Below are positions 24,785 to 38,600 of a DNA stretch of 64,000 bases, piece after piece; position 1 is the first letter of the stretch; the number at the start of each line of letters is the position of its first letter. Source of the stretch: Iphione sp. A-MEVVRFRX5. Taxonomy: Eukaryota. The notes below the pieces were generated by a model. The model was not told the origin of the DNA and did no database searches. It was given only the letters and a program-made list of their open reading frames with translations. The stretch lies in assembly GCA_976226885.1 (NCBI GenBank), contig OZ320320.1, positions 31,248,001 to 31,312,000 on the forward strand. Direction: 5' to 3'. The position numbers and the translations under genes are program-made.

Positions 24785-24848
24785 TGGCCACCTGGCGGTA
24801 ACCCCGGTGGGCGGAAGGTCGTTGCCCCCACCGGCGCTAGATGGCGCG
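24785..24848. promoter_or_regulatory. Pair of CTCF-like motifs in a GC-rich island
   Basis: TGGCCACCTGGCGG (reverse CCGCCAGGTGGCCA) and GCGCTAGATGGCGC flank an 8-bp CCGGTGGG/CCCACCGG stem. Confidence 0.35.
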
Positions 24849-27800
24849 GCGAGCACCTGTGCTAATCAATAAGGGATGGGCGCTGGGGACTGGGCCGGGC
24901 CGTTCTGACAGAGCCAGGGGCGTTTTTACCAACTGTTCGCTTCACTGACATTGTCATCAGCTACCTCCCACGTCGCACGCATACGCGCCAAAAACCTGCC
25001 CGAGTTTTTTTTTCTCGCACTTTTCTCATTGTAGCGCCCATTATCGATTTGAATGAGATTCCATTTCTCGGATGTTTTCGCCGCAGCTGTAAAACTTGCT
25101 GAATTCTTCTACACACAAAGTTGGTGGCATGTTTAAGGTTATTTATTGGAGAGCTAATAGCTTAAGCGTAAAAACCAAGTTTGAAACGGTACCGGTTGGT
25201 TTAAAGTTTTCTCATCAAGGCTTATTATCCGTGTGCATGTATCTTGGTTCTGATTGATGCTTTCTGTCTGTGAACCCACAAGGATATTCGAAACTGGGAC
25301 AGTGCCCAGTCTTTGTGTACTATGGATCCATTGCCAAAATGTGCTCACATGGATATTGAGACTACGAAGCTAAGAGTCTAAATGTTTGAAAGGAATTCGT
25401 GAATTCTTTAGAACGTGATATCTGCCGGTAGCTGATAATTATACTACACGGTCAGAGAGCACAATCATAGTATATAATCCTAGTGTATGATCACTATGAA
25501 CATCTTTTGAAAGGTTAAAAGGCCTTGATCGACCGATCGCTGCACACCGAAAAGTCGTCCGCAGCTGGAAAATTTTAAAAAGTCGAACTGAAACTAGTAA
25601 TCAAAATTCAGTCTTTCATATTGATGGAAAAACCTGTTGAATTTCATCAAGGAGTACTGTGCGATAATAAAAATCAAAAAGAATTTATAAGGCTGACGAC
25701 TTGACAATGTTTAAGCCTCCCAGCGAACAATCCATCAGGTAACGTATGGTTTAAGAGTGTATGTATTCCATTTATAATTTCCCGCCCATTCATTAGTTGG
25801 GGAGTTGCACCGGTCACTGCAGGTCAAGGAGTCGCCCAAGCAGCGAGTGATTACTGTACCAATCACTTGCAATTTCCGTTAAGGGCTGTATTCGATGCAA
25901 ATCATTCATGAGCCTAAATTAAATATTATATATGTATGACCTAATTAGGGACAAGACCCCTTCCATAGCCAGTAAGTCGGCTGGTCATAATGGATCTGGA
26001 CTGCAGATTAGACCTGCGTGAAAAAGATGGTTCTGTAGGGAAAGGCTCAGACGTTGCTTGAAGAAAAGCAAGCAATTATGAGTCTAAAGTATCACATCGG
26101 CAAACACAACGAAGGCAATCTTACAACATTAATTGCCAATTTCTTTATGAATCCGTCGCGAATCTATTGCTATCGTGGGATGCATTCTATGAAAACGAAA
26201 CATACTCAAAGGCAATAATATACAAGATTTATGCGTAACCTCGCAGTAAATCGATACAATCTGTTCACTGCGACAGAAGAATCAGAAGCAGGTCAGTATC
26301 AGTGTGGGTGGAGAGTGTAAGGCGCATCTTCAGCGGACGAGACTCTACTAACCCTACTCACCTCGTTGTTAAAGAAAGCATCTTTCTATACTGAACCTAC
26401 GCTTTATTGTTAAGCAAATATTCATAGGTTGCTCATACTCTTGGATCTGTAATGCTTCCGTTCCCATGTATCTACTACTACGAAGCTATGTACACAATCG
26501 ACATAGAAATAAGTCACTATCTATTAATTAACAGTGCTGTTGCTGTCTTTTATCATTGATCTGTCTTTTTTCACATTGACTAAGATTCGTTCTTTGTACG
26601 TTCCAGACAATTTATGGTTTACCTAGTCAATGCCATGAGAGCATATCATTGTAATGGACATTATTTGTCATACACATCCCTAATATCTATTTTATAGTGT
26701 CCATCAGGCCGGCTGCCACAGCCACATTATGGCTTTATTGAATCTTTTCACTGCAGAGACAATGCCATCTGGAGCGAAGGATTTCCCCTACTCGCTTGCC
26801 AGCCTGACTATACTATATGATACTCTCTATCGTTATATGTTGACGAAAATAATGGTACATACACGTAGACAGACGCTAGCCTCAGTTTCCGAATTAGTCA
26901 GTGATGGTGTTCAAATGATTGTACAATATCCAGTTGGTCAAACCCCTAGATGTATGAATAACCAGAGCACCTGTAAAATGATGGACTGGTTGGCAAGGGA
27001 AGCCGGCATCTCAATGCAGATCATCATCTTGGTCATTCCAAGGCACCGATACATAGTTTATATGTACATGTACTGATTATATGCATAGATAGACATTTTT
27101 TGGAGAAGTAAAACCTCAATTAACTGGTGCCATAAACGAGTTCCTCTCTCAGCAACTAACATTATTAACAACTCTCACCTCTGTATCTGAAGACAAGTTA
27201 TCATTCCGTATTTGGATTATAAGGGTACATGTCGCACAGACTACATGATTACATATATGGTATATATATGATATCGACGTCTAGCCCGCCTAACCTATGG
27301 AGGCAATGTATTTCGTATCTGCTATGTCCTGAATGTTTGGTTACGAGCAATATTGCTATGAACATATTTACCTTAATACGATCAACAGGCTGGGAATATG
27401 AGGTATTAAAAGCAATACAAAATTTTTGATAGGTCAGGACGAAAAGGCCTTGTTTGTAGTACTTTACTGCATAGATAGAACCACTTACATGGTTTAAGTT
27501 GCTCTTGAAAAAATTTCCAAATTTCTCTAGGAAACCATTTAAGAAGTCTATGACAAGATTAGTCATAGCTGTAACGTACAGAAAACCATCTGTTATAAGT
27601 TAAACGGCTGTTGTAACATGGTTCTGGTATAACAGCGTGTGAAGAAATTACGTCTCAGGTAAAACTCGTAGAATGGTCGCTGATAAGGCAGATGATTTTA
27701 ACTTCACAAAGTGAACGGAGATGCCAACTTTATTACCCGAAACCCCAATTATCCATGCCAATCGTCGTTTAATTTCAGGGACGTAGTGTATACGTAGTTG

Positions 27801-30800
27801 ACTGCTTGCCTGCGTTTGTCTATGTGTCTGGCTCTGTCTCTCTCACCATAAAATTCACCCCCGTCGATATAGTCCGCTAAGGTTCTGCTAAACTGTGGTA
27901 ATGTAATTCTGTACAATATGAAATTCTATAATTTCACCATCTGGCATCCATCAAATAGAAATATTCAGAGAGAGATAAAGGGAAGGAGAAAGAGACAGAG
28001 ACAGAGGTGGAGAGGGACAGAGAGAAAGAGAGGAAGGGTCACTTAATACATAGTGGACTGAATACGTCTGACTTGTCTTAAAGCCATGTGTAAAACAATC
28101 GTTCTTTGTTTTCATTCGACAGGTGGTCATGGATGGTACCGATGCGTCATCATATTACATTACACGCCACGTAACGGTAAGTCATAGCAACCCTTTCATT
28201 TTTGACACCATTCAGAGAGTGACCATATCAACTCCCAACGGTCGCAGACATTTTGTCAATGGATCCTTGGTTCCCTTTATGTTCTGTCCTTTGTAATGAA
28301 CTATTCGTCCTTTATTACAAGGCAACGGATGAGGGGGGGGCACAATTTGTGTTGGGACAAAAAACATTATATCAGTATATATATACACTTATATTGAGAT
28401 GTAAAATAATAAATGTATATATAATTCCATCATAAGGTGTCCCTGAAGTTTTGATGTATGCACCCGTAGCAACTACATAGTTGGAACTACTCAGCCATTG
28501 GATGGAGCCACAAACAGTACCATTATAGCCATTTCACATTATCACCGCGGACCTCCATTGAGGATACATCATCACCAACGGACATCTCCATACGGGTGGC
28601 CCATGATTGCTGTCCTACTTGGGTTAACGCGCAGTAGGTTTAGAGACGGGTTCTGGTGTACTTTCAATGCACAGTATTTTGTTATGTTACTGGAGAGTGC
28701 TTTCCTCGAAAAAATAAAATGCTGCTGAGGGAGACAAAATGCTGAAGCCTACTGTTCAGTTAAGCTAAGTGATGACGATATAAGGAGCTACATGAAATAA
28801 GTATTCTTATTATAAAAATAATCTTGTGTCAGATATACCAAAATGGAATACGTTTAGGTTTGAATAGAATACATTTGCTTAAACAAATTCATGATTCTCA
28901 TAAATTGGTGAGGCAGACGGACCAGCTGGTACACTGTCAAGGTACCTAGTTTTAGGACCTAGTAACATACCATAATAATACAATAATGAAATATATGATA
29001 CCTTATGAACATAGAGGAATAGCTCTTGGAACATTTCGTTCTTTAAGTGTTGTTTTTTTAAAACACCAAAAGCAGCGTTTGGTGTACAATACAAAGTGCA
29101 ATGAGGAGTATTCCCTTGAGATGAACTGGGAAGTTTTAACTGTTGTTTGCAGTAATAAATCTGTTATACTCGAAAGCTGACGTAGCAATTAATTACTCGA
29201 CGCCGTCTTTCTAATGTTAGGTTCAGTAGCTCAGATTTACCCTGTCCCAAGTGTAGGAGGAAAGACAAATATTTATATTTGACGTGAAGTAGGGTCAGAG
29301 TTACCGATAAGGTTAGCGGTATAGGAACAACTTAAGGATAGAGTATGTGATGTACGTGGTACGTTTACGCAAATATGTAGGCCTACGGTTGGGGTTAGGT
29401 CTAGGAGAGTTGTAGTATGTCAATGATATGATAATTTCGATACTGATTTTATAGTGATATTTCATGTTTTCTGGTACTGGCGAGACATCTACGATGTTAA
29501 GTATTCCTCTTCTTACCCTTTGATGTTTTCTATTTTCCACTGTCCCAAAAACGCATCAGAGCTCCTCAGCAGAAGAGTACATTGTATACATAATTGTATA
29601 TTCCATGGGGAACAATAGGTATTTACAGGTAGTCAAATGAAAAAGTGATATAATCGTATATAATTTACCGTCAGTACGCTCATATGGCTTCGAAGTTGGC
29701 GTAAGCAAAGACGATTGTGAGTTACAGGTTTTACATTCGAAATGTTTCAAACAGTGAACCTGACGTTAGGCCTACATACAACGCCGCATGGTTCAGAGGA
29801 CGATAGATTTACATAGCTTCCTTAGGGCTGATTCCCCTTCCTGCCTTGGCCTGTGTGCATCGCTGGGCGTTTTTATTGAACCAGTGATAACGAATGGAAA
29901 GTGTCCTTTGATTGAGCGTGTGTTAGGATCTTTTCCGGTGCATTAACCAGCTGTTGCTCATTATCAATCACTGCTCAATGATTGCATACACAAATGCGCA
30001 AATGCATATGAACGCGTATATATTTCTTCGTTTCCTCATTTTTACTTACTTTCATTCACTGCCATTACTGCACATAACCTAACATATCTGTTCTTTTCCG
30101 GACTTTTACCGGTTTATGAAGATGAAATTGAAAGTAGGGCACACGATACAGGTGCAGCTTGAGAACTAGAGTAAATAATTAACACTCAGGCACAATACTT
30201 GGTGTAACCTTTCAAGGTAGCTCTCAATACAGAACCCTTATGTAAATTAAGACCCATCAACTCTGTAACTATATGCCACCTAGGCAAAGCCCAAGGTAGT
30301 ATTATGAGCTTGAGACAGATGAGATACTGTAGCATAAGGAAATTAAACCATAAACTACTAATTTAGATTTCAATTAGTCATATAATAAGTTCAAATGGGA
30401 TGAACAGACGACGCCCAGTTAACCTCACCAGAAGATCCTTTCTGATGTTTGGTTTTTCAGTCTGAAATGACATTTTTACAGCTCTTGATAAATTCATTTT
30501 GGCCAAACATTGAGTTCCTAAATTGAGAGCCATAGTAGATGACTCTTCGTTTATAAGCTTTAAGTCTAGGTCTATCTGTAAGAATATGCGGTATGACATG
30601 AAAACTATCTCTATAAATAAGAAATATATACAAACATTAATTATGAAAAGAGGTATATAGCATCCTTTCCAGTATGGATTCAGAGGACAAAGTTACATGC
30701 CTTCCACTTACATGTATAGACATAATCTTATTGACACAATAGGGACTGGAGATGCTTGCAGACACTCCCCACATAGCTTATGTTCAAAGATGCCTGCATG

Positions 30801-31044
30801 GACTCTCTACATAGGTCCTGAAGATGCCTCCAGGCATGATGTAGGGAACATTATATCGTCGTGTGTTTCTTGAATTTTGATTTTTTCCATGAAAAACATA
30901 TTTCAAACAATTTTAGTAGTGTAATTTATCATTATTTATGTCAGAAATGTATATTGATTTATGACTTTTTGTATTAAATCCAATTATAGTGTGTCAACAG
31001 TCGTGAGATGCACTGCCATGGTATATTTCAACGTGAAAGAAAGA

Positions 31045-31111
31045 CGTAAAGTATATCTTTGTTTTCACTGCTAAAGAGAGTTTAGCAGTGAAAACAATGA
31101 TATACTTTACG
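31045..31111. repeat. Near-perfect 31-bp-arm palindrome with 5-nt loop
   Basis: CGTAAAGTATATCTTTGTTTTCACTGCTAAA-GAGAG-TTTAGCAGTGAAAACAATGATATACTTTACG, one mismatch. Confidence 0.92.
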
Positions 31112-31499
31112 CGAGTGAGTTCGCAGGCTAGTGCCTGTAGGTCTTAATACTATACGCCTCTTAACCAACCTTGGTTGCTTATATCAAAACGATATGGTTT
31201 AACTGAACGAACTCGGAATATTCGAATAATTTGGAGGCCGTGGTAGTAATTGCAAATGGATTTTACCAGCCTTTTCGAATGGAATTTTTGAATCAACAGA
31301 ACTGCTCTGATTAGGCGACTTCTCCTTGGGGCTATAGCACGGCTCAGAGGGCGTGCAGTCCCGTACCTCGAGAGCTGCTTGCCGAGTGAATGTGAGCTAT
31401 TGGGCGGTGGCGCCACCTCACCGGCCGTAGCGGCGGTAGAGAGTGTTGTCAGGCCTTGGAGACTCCGCTCTGTACGGCCGGGCAGTGTGGCACGTGGTC

Positions 31500-32430
31500 G
31501 TCGTTGTCCTTCCCCGCCCGGAGGAGAGACCGCCTCTCCACCCGGCCGCCCGCCCGCCCGCCCGCCGGCCAACGCCGACCGTCGCAAAGCTAGGAGAATG
31601 TACCCACCTACCGCGCAGCCTGCAGCTGACATCCATAGGGGAGCGACTCCCTGGGACTGCATACCCAGAGAGCGATATCGGCCCTGAATGAGCGAGGGAC
31701 ACAAGAGGTGGGAATCACACCGAGACGGGGACACTTACACCACGATGCCGTGGCCTGGAGTGATCGGCCGGCCTCAAAGGGATGGAGATGGTTCCGAACG
31801 TTGACAGCTCCAGAGATAAGACTTACACCGAAGACTGCTACCTCCAGTAAAGTGCATGGACAGGACAAGAGTCGGTCAAAACAGATATTTATTGATAGAA
31901 TCCTACAAGGCAGTGCGATATTCTGCAAAGAGAGGGTTGAGGTGCACACAGTATGTCATTGTGGATGAATTGCAGGAATAGAGCAAGCTGAACTGTAAGT
32001 ATTGTGGGACGGCCAGTGCAAGATCTAGGCATCTCTGAGGGTCTGCAGGAAAGTGTGACACCCGGAGGCAAGAGGGGTGTGCTATCGTAAACACGTGCTC
32101 CAGCTGAGTGTTCCACCATTTTACTCCCCATCCCCTAAGCCTAGTCGGCACCCACCCCACCACCAGCATACAGACCCACGCACAGTGTGGAGCTGTACGA
32201 CACTGCTGTAGTGTGCCTGCCTACAGAGGATTACAAACATTGCTGTCTCTATTAGATTGCTTTCCAGGGCTCGGAGGCGTGTGGAGGGGGACTATATCCA
32301 TCAAACAAGCATCCTCCCACCCTCTCATCCTCTCACCCACTAGAGACCAATGTCCTTATGAGGAGAAGTGGGGTACATAGAAATGATGGAGAGCACTGTA
32401 CGACTGTCATCTTTGCTATTACAGTTGATC
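31500..32430 (-). pseudogene. Decayed DIRS1-type tyrosine recombinase
   Basis: In order across frames: SSVGRHTTAV, KWWNTQLEHV, LDLALA, APQPSL, SCPVHALY, LAHSG...DVSCRLRGRW. These match DIRS YR motifs (G.HP.V; P.WD; LALA; P.P.FL; CPVRAL; AHSxR; W.S). Confidence 0.6.
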
Positions 32431-35249
32431 ACGTTGTCCTGAGGCCGGCTGGTGTGAAGGAGCAGAACGGAGAGGCACTGGAAGCCACGTAGGGGGCTCC
32501 AAGGAGTGAGGAAGAGGAGCTGAGGGAGTGGGAAAAGGGATGGGGGAGGCCGGTGCGGTATATTAGTTTAGCCCTGATGGGTGTGTCAGTTTTACTGGGT
32601 TTGCTTCTGCTAGCCGCAACGTCGCTTCAGCCGCCGCCAATTCAGCCCTTCAGAGGAGGGCAGCCGCAACCAATACCACCAACAACGCAACCACCCCCTC
32701 CCACGACAACAACCACAACAACAGCATCATAGTCATTATCATCACCGCACGGGAGGATATGGAATCACCGCCGAGGTCACTCGTAGTAGGTAGGTGACAT
32801 AAAATATAGCATGGCTTCAGTGTGGCAGAATGCGAAAGGGGAGGCAGTAGAGGGGACTGGAACAGGTGGAGCACATAGCCAAAAAAGACACAGGGACTGA
32901 AGCAGTCAATTCCAACGTAATGCGAGCATCATACTTGTACGTGAGGCCCTTGGGGGGGGGAAGGGCCAGGTCCCTAGCCTTCATCCCGAGGAAGTTGATG
33001 GTTTCCGTGCCCTACTTCCATTTGTTCATTCCTTTTTGGTGCTGTCAACCTCGTCGCCTACCCCCTCACCCTCATCTCACCCATCTGAGCTGCCCTATTC
33101 TCGTACCATCTAACTACACGTAACACTGCTTTCCCCTAAGCCCTTGCCCCCTGACCTTTCTGCACCAACATTCTGCATTAGGACAAGCTGGACGTAGTAG
33201 TCTGGAGAAACGTGACAGACGCACCAGCATTTGTGGTAGAGCACCCTCTGTTATTTCCGTGTCAAGTTTGGACAATTTGCCACTCACTGCGACACACTTC
33301 TGCTCACAGCTACAATGTGCTGATCCCCGTTTAACGACATATCCGTATTGCATGTATTCAGAGGCCCAATTCTCAATGGTCCCTCCATTTTCACTGACAC
33401 ACATTTGAATCCAGACATAAACAGACTCAGAAATGCACAAATACATACATAACAGCCCATTCTACCTGGGTCCTACAAACGAACCCCACCCGGATGAGAA
33501 TACATTCAGCTCAGCTCAGGTGATCCTACTTTATACCGGTCTACACCCTCCAAATACTTTGCCATTCTCTCTCTCTCTCTCTATATATATATATTGTGAT
33601 ACATACATACACGTATATGTATCCATATTGTGTGTTTCCTAGCGAAGGAACGTTTGCCTTTAAAAGGTTCCTATTTGGCAATACGTGTATGCTGTCTTTA
33701 AGGTTTATAACAAGATTTCCATTTCAGGAAATTGTATTTGTGTGAAAAACACTTTGCTAATTCGAAAACGTAATTGTTTGCCTTAAGCAAGATGTGTACT
33801 TGCATACTTGATTCGGTAGAGAAAATGCTGATTCAGGGTGAGGTTCTCCAAACGTTGGTGAACATTTGACAGTTTAACCACATTGTAAGGAAGGATTGCT
33901 TCAAACTAATTACGTATACATGATAACGTTTTCCTCCTATGAAAACTGTATCGTTTGTAAGCCGTATACGACATCATACGACAGATAATTCTCGCATCGA
34001 ATTCTATTCAACAGGTTCCTTTATAGAAACGCACAACTCTTCCCCAGTAAATGCTAACCACCTTGAGAAAGCAACTACATGTATTCACTCTGAATCTTTG
34101 ATGGTGCTGCCATCTACATCAGGAGCACACATGCTATTCTGTCGTATTTGACTGCTTTCTGCGGTTGCCCTTGCTCAATCCTTGACGCGGTTTAACTTTC
34201 CCTATATTCACTCCAGGGTAGGTCAGACTGTCGGCCAGTGCCTACCTCACCCATAATATTAATGTGTAAGCAGACTTATGACTAATCTCTTCTGGAAAGG
34301 AGATGTGTGGACATATCGCTGTTACAAGGCCTGGATTTTTTTTCCGCTAAATGGACTATAGCAATTAAACCGCTCCGTTTTTTACTATGTAAACGTCTAT
34401 ATTAGAAAATAATATGTTATTGCTGGATGTTTTGTGCGGCAACATAGATAAGAAGTGTACTCTGCCACTGTGCATGTCGATCGACTCTTAATATTAAATG
34501 ACGAAACTGCAATACAACGATATCAGTGATAATGGAAATTTTGATAGCGCCAGTCCAGCTTTAACAACTCACGTTCCGTGCCCATGTACCGCGTGAACTT
34601 GACTGTTTCCAAAAAGGCTCTTTTACACATTTATGGGCAAGTTCAAACAGTGATGCTCATGGGCAGAAATCGCATTCACAATGGGGTGAAATTGGGATCA
34701 GTTTCTTTGGAGTGTTAAGCAAAGCGCTGCTCTTAAGTCCGAGTAATCTTATCGTAGAAACCACAGGTTTCAGGTTGTCATCCGCAGGACACTAGGCTAT
34801 GCCTACATCTTGGCATAGCCCCAACCTTTGTTGTGCAAAACAACTCTTCCTGCTTCTATGTAATATCTGTAGTACCCTGATGGTTGCTCCCTCATATCGA
34901 CCAATACGTAGTTTGTATTCTCCCAAGTAATTGTCACAAGGTAGCTTAATACCATGTATGTGTACTCTTTTCCTTTACAGGTATACGGTGTTTTTCATTT
35001 CTGAGAATTTTTTTTTACCGTCGGAAACACGTTATCTGAACAACACCACCACACCTATATTTTCTTCTTTACCTTCCACTCTGTGCTGTGTGTCATTTAT
35101 ATTATGTAAACTGTGTCCATTATATTGGAACTATGTGTACAATCATGAAGAATATAATCCGTACGGACGCACACGTACCTGTATATGTCGCTACATATTT
35201 CTCTGAAGGTGAACCTGGGCATAATGATACAGAACCTATTAGCTCTGAT

Positions 35250-35560
35250 CTTCTATAGACCAAAGAAGCCATGTCCTGTCCCCACAGGTCTGGTAGAGTG
35301 TACCAGGGGCAACTCTAACTTCCTGCAGGTCTAACCACCACTGGCGTATCGATGTCCTCAGTATACAAGTCACATCTCAAGACACCGTTCGTCGAAGGCC
35401 GATGGGCAATAGGGAGAGGGTGGGACGAGGCATGAGGGAGAGGGGGCAGGCGTCAGGGTCCCCAAAGATCAATAGAGTGCTAAGGAGGGGGCGGGTCGAA
35501 AGGGGACAAGTGATAAACACGCCTTCCTACAACTGCAGGCCACTGGGGACCCTTCGAGTT
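35250..35560 (-). pseudogene. Possible decayed DIRS RT/RNase H junction
   Basis: LLIFGDP...ILRTSIRQWWLDL resembles the L+G.L / L.WW segment; could be upstream part of the 31.5-32.4 kb element. Confidence 0.3.
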
Positions 35561-36949
35561 ATAATGGTCTGTCTGCTCAACGCTATAGTCTCCTCCAACT
35601 CAACACATCGCGCTACCCTGAAAACGTGCACAGGTGCACATCTAACTTTCCATACCGAATGATGGTAAGATAGGTGTGTCTCTAACCTTTAACAGAGCTC
35701 TAGTGAACAAAGCAAATTAGGAGGTTTGTTACAGTTCACTTTTATTTCCTGCGGAGAGCTTTTTACCTCCTACTAATGGCAAACAGTTGTGGAAACCTCT
35801 TCCTCTACAGCTGTTTTTCTTGCTACCTGAGGTATGATTTATCCGCTGCTCCATGTTATAAAGTTACCACAGGTCTATCACGCAACTAATCATTCAGGCC
35901 CATCTGTTTTATTGTCCCTTGAAAGCAATCGCTAATAGTCTCAATGGAGGGCGGCCTGTTATTGTTCAAAACGGTGTGCTGTTTTCAAACACTTTGTTCC
36001 TCGTATTGATACAGATAGAGGAGTTTTAGAGGGCCTATACCTCACCTCTGTAATGTCTAGTGGGAAATCTATTTAGATGGTGCAGTTTGGGTGATGGCCA
36101 TTGCTACTCGGAACAATATCAATAATGGCTTTGGAGCTTTCACTCACAAAAAAAACTCTGATGGATTGCAGAGGTATTTTGAAAAGATTGAAAAATATAA
36201 TCTGCCAGCATTTAAGTGTAGAAGTTTTTTCAATCTGCACTGTATGATTGCTTCTTTATATGTTTATCGCATTCAGTTCCAGGAGTGACATGAATTGTTA
36301 AACTCTGCAGTGAAAAAAAACACCCCATAAGCAATTCTACTGTCAGCCATGGTTGCGATATCAGAATAAGAAAATGTTATAACAGAAAAGAAGTGGACAT
36401 CCTGTTACTTTAAAATGAGAGCCATTCATAAGTGCGGAAAGGTGGACATCATACTGACTTCCTTCGCGGGTCTGTGAGTGTGCTGTCTAGATGTGTTTCC
36501 TTCCTTTTTTATGAACCACAAAATAGAGACGGTAAATGTGCTGCGTCACTGTCGATGGCCGGAAGAGGAAGTAGGCGCTCCGAACGGACATGCGCAGTCC
36601 GCCTTCGTCATCGTCGACCGGGGTCAGTTAGGGACTGTGGGTGGGAGGGAGGGAGGGAGGGAGGGTGGGGGATGGCGGGCAGTGTCCGACAGGCGCTGTC
36701 ACCGGCTGGCACTCGGTGTCGCTAATCACGATGGGTTGGGGCTGTGCAAGGTTGGAGTGGAGGTATATATGATCAGGGTTGGTCGAAGGTGTCAGGAGTT
36801 GGGGGTGTTAGCTTAACCAAAGAGCCTACAACTACTTAGACGCTCTTTGGCTTAACGTATAGTGACTGTCGGGAGGAATTCCGGAGGTTATGACATCAGG
36901 ATGTAGAAGTGTAGACATTCCCATAGAACACACATTGTATTTACAATGC

Positions 36950-37400
36950 TGTTGTTTGGTTAGGTTAGAAAAAAACCTTGACACAATGTTGTATAAATGT
37001 TAGATCATGACCTTCAGGTAATGCTATAATATAACATATCGACAATTTTGTAGTTTGGTTAGGTAGGAAAAAAGACCTTTAAACAACATTGTATAAATGT
37101 TAAATCACAACTGTCAGATAAAATCACATAATAATGTATGTCTACAACTTTGGAATTCGGTTAGGTTAGAAAAAAGTTTTAATAAACTATATAAATGTTA
37201 ATTGGCTGAGATCATATTATTTAAGTAATATTAGGATGAAAGTGTCTATAACATTGTAGTTTGCTTAAGTTAGAAAAAAATGATGAAACATATAACTGTT
37301 AATTAGCCTAAATCATAATATTTAAGTAACATTAGGATGAAACAGGCCTAAAATATTGTAGTTTGGTTAATTATGTTTCTAGATTGTAGTTTGGTTACAT
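36950..37400. repeat. Diverged ~100-bp tandem repeat array (4-5 units)
   Basis: Recurring TGTAGTTTGGTTAGGTTAGAAAAAA and TATAAATGTTA blocks at roughly 100-bp spacing. Confidence 0.75.
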
Positions 37401-37449
37401 TAGACAATGAGCATAGGGGGATTTTAACAATAGTTTATCAGAAGACAAA

Positions 37450-37515
37450 ATAGCTCAGTGGGTTAGGCATGGACTTTGGATTTGAAAAAGTGGGTTCAAA
37501 TTGTGTGTTGGACAG
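37450..37515 (+). pseudogene. tRNA-derived sequence (SINE head or tRNA pseudogene)
   Basis: A box TAGCTCAGTGG and B box GGTTCAAAT at tRNA-like spacing; acceptor stem not intact. Confidence 0.55.
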
Positions 37516-37899
37516 TGACACATTTTAGTTTTGTCATGGTTTAAGGAAAGTTTTTTTTCTGATGTTGTGGACATGTTTATAAAACTTCACCTTTTTACGT
37601 TGCTACTACATTATACAATAATGTTACTACAACCAAAACACAATTTTGCCATAACATTGTGGCAATGTTACATTGTTTGCTGGGTTGTCCGTTAGATATA
37701 TTCACTAGTGATAAGGAATATCAAGGGCACCTGACATATACAGTAGAGACTCAGTTAAAGACCATCTCACAGGGGAGACCACACTTGGGGAGAGACCAAA
37801 TTTGACTAGAATGGAAAACCTAATCTTCGAAGACAAGTGCTTCACAGGGGAGACCAACTCACAGGAGAGACCAAAATCCGTCAGTCCTAAGCTTTGTCT

Positions 37900-38600
37900 C
37901 CTAAGCAAGCCTCTGCTGTACCAGAGAGAGAGAGTGATTGGGAAAGCTATCCAGTAAATTGGATAGGAAGGTCTGGATGTGATGCGAGTTGACCCCAGGC
38001 TGATTGAAGGAAGTTGTATATGATAGGTTATCGGGCAGGTGTTCGACATGTTACATAATGGAGCCTGAGTTAACTGTTCAAGAGGACTTCAAAATATAGG
38101 CACTGAACTATGCGGAGGATGACAAGAACGGACCTTCGATGAGGGGAAGTCAATAAAGGCAGGGCATAAGGCTTTAGGTAGAAACCAAGGGAAACGTTCA
38201 GCTGTAATCCCCAGCATAAACTATTGGAGAGTGGTAGGGGTAAGGCTTGGGATGGGAATGGAATGCAAGTGGAACGGGTATGCCAGTGAGATATTAGATG
38301 GGCGTGGGAAGGAAGGAAATACCGAGATCTAATACAGGACAGTCGATCTGAGATTCGGTTATCCCGGTGAAGAGATATTTTAGGGACAGGCATTCTGTGT
38401 CCAGATGGACCTGGCTGGGTGGAGGCGTTCGGGATCGGTTTACTAGTATCCACGTCCACTGGGTGAACGTGTCTTTTTTGGCGACCAACTAGAGAATGTG
38501 CTGGTGGTATACTTCAAAGAAGGATGTATACTACTCTCGAAGAGTGACCTTCCCACCAGCCTGCTTAGGGTATAGGGTGCTGAGATGGCACGTGCGGGTG
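37900..38600 (-). mobile_element. Decayed Penelope-like element, pre-RT N-terminal region
   Basis: LSLKYLFTGITESQIDCPVLDLGISFLPTP (38294-38488 ORF) resembles the Penelope motif LS..L...E..VL..GL.F.PTP; a weak GDKA (ADKG-like) lies downstream. Confidence 0.5.

Noticed and set aside
31150-31734. 194-aa ORF and overlapping GC-rich ORFs as real genes
   Set aside because: Low-complexity Arg/Gly/Pro peptides open in several frames because of high GC; better explained as the 3' part of a decayed DIRS element.
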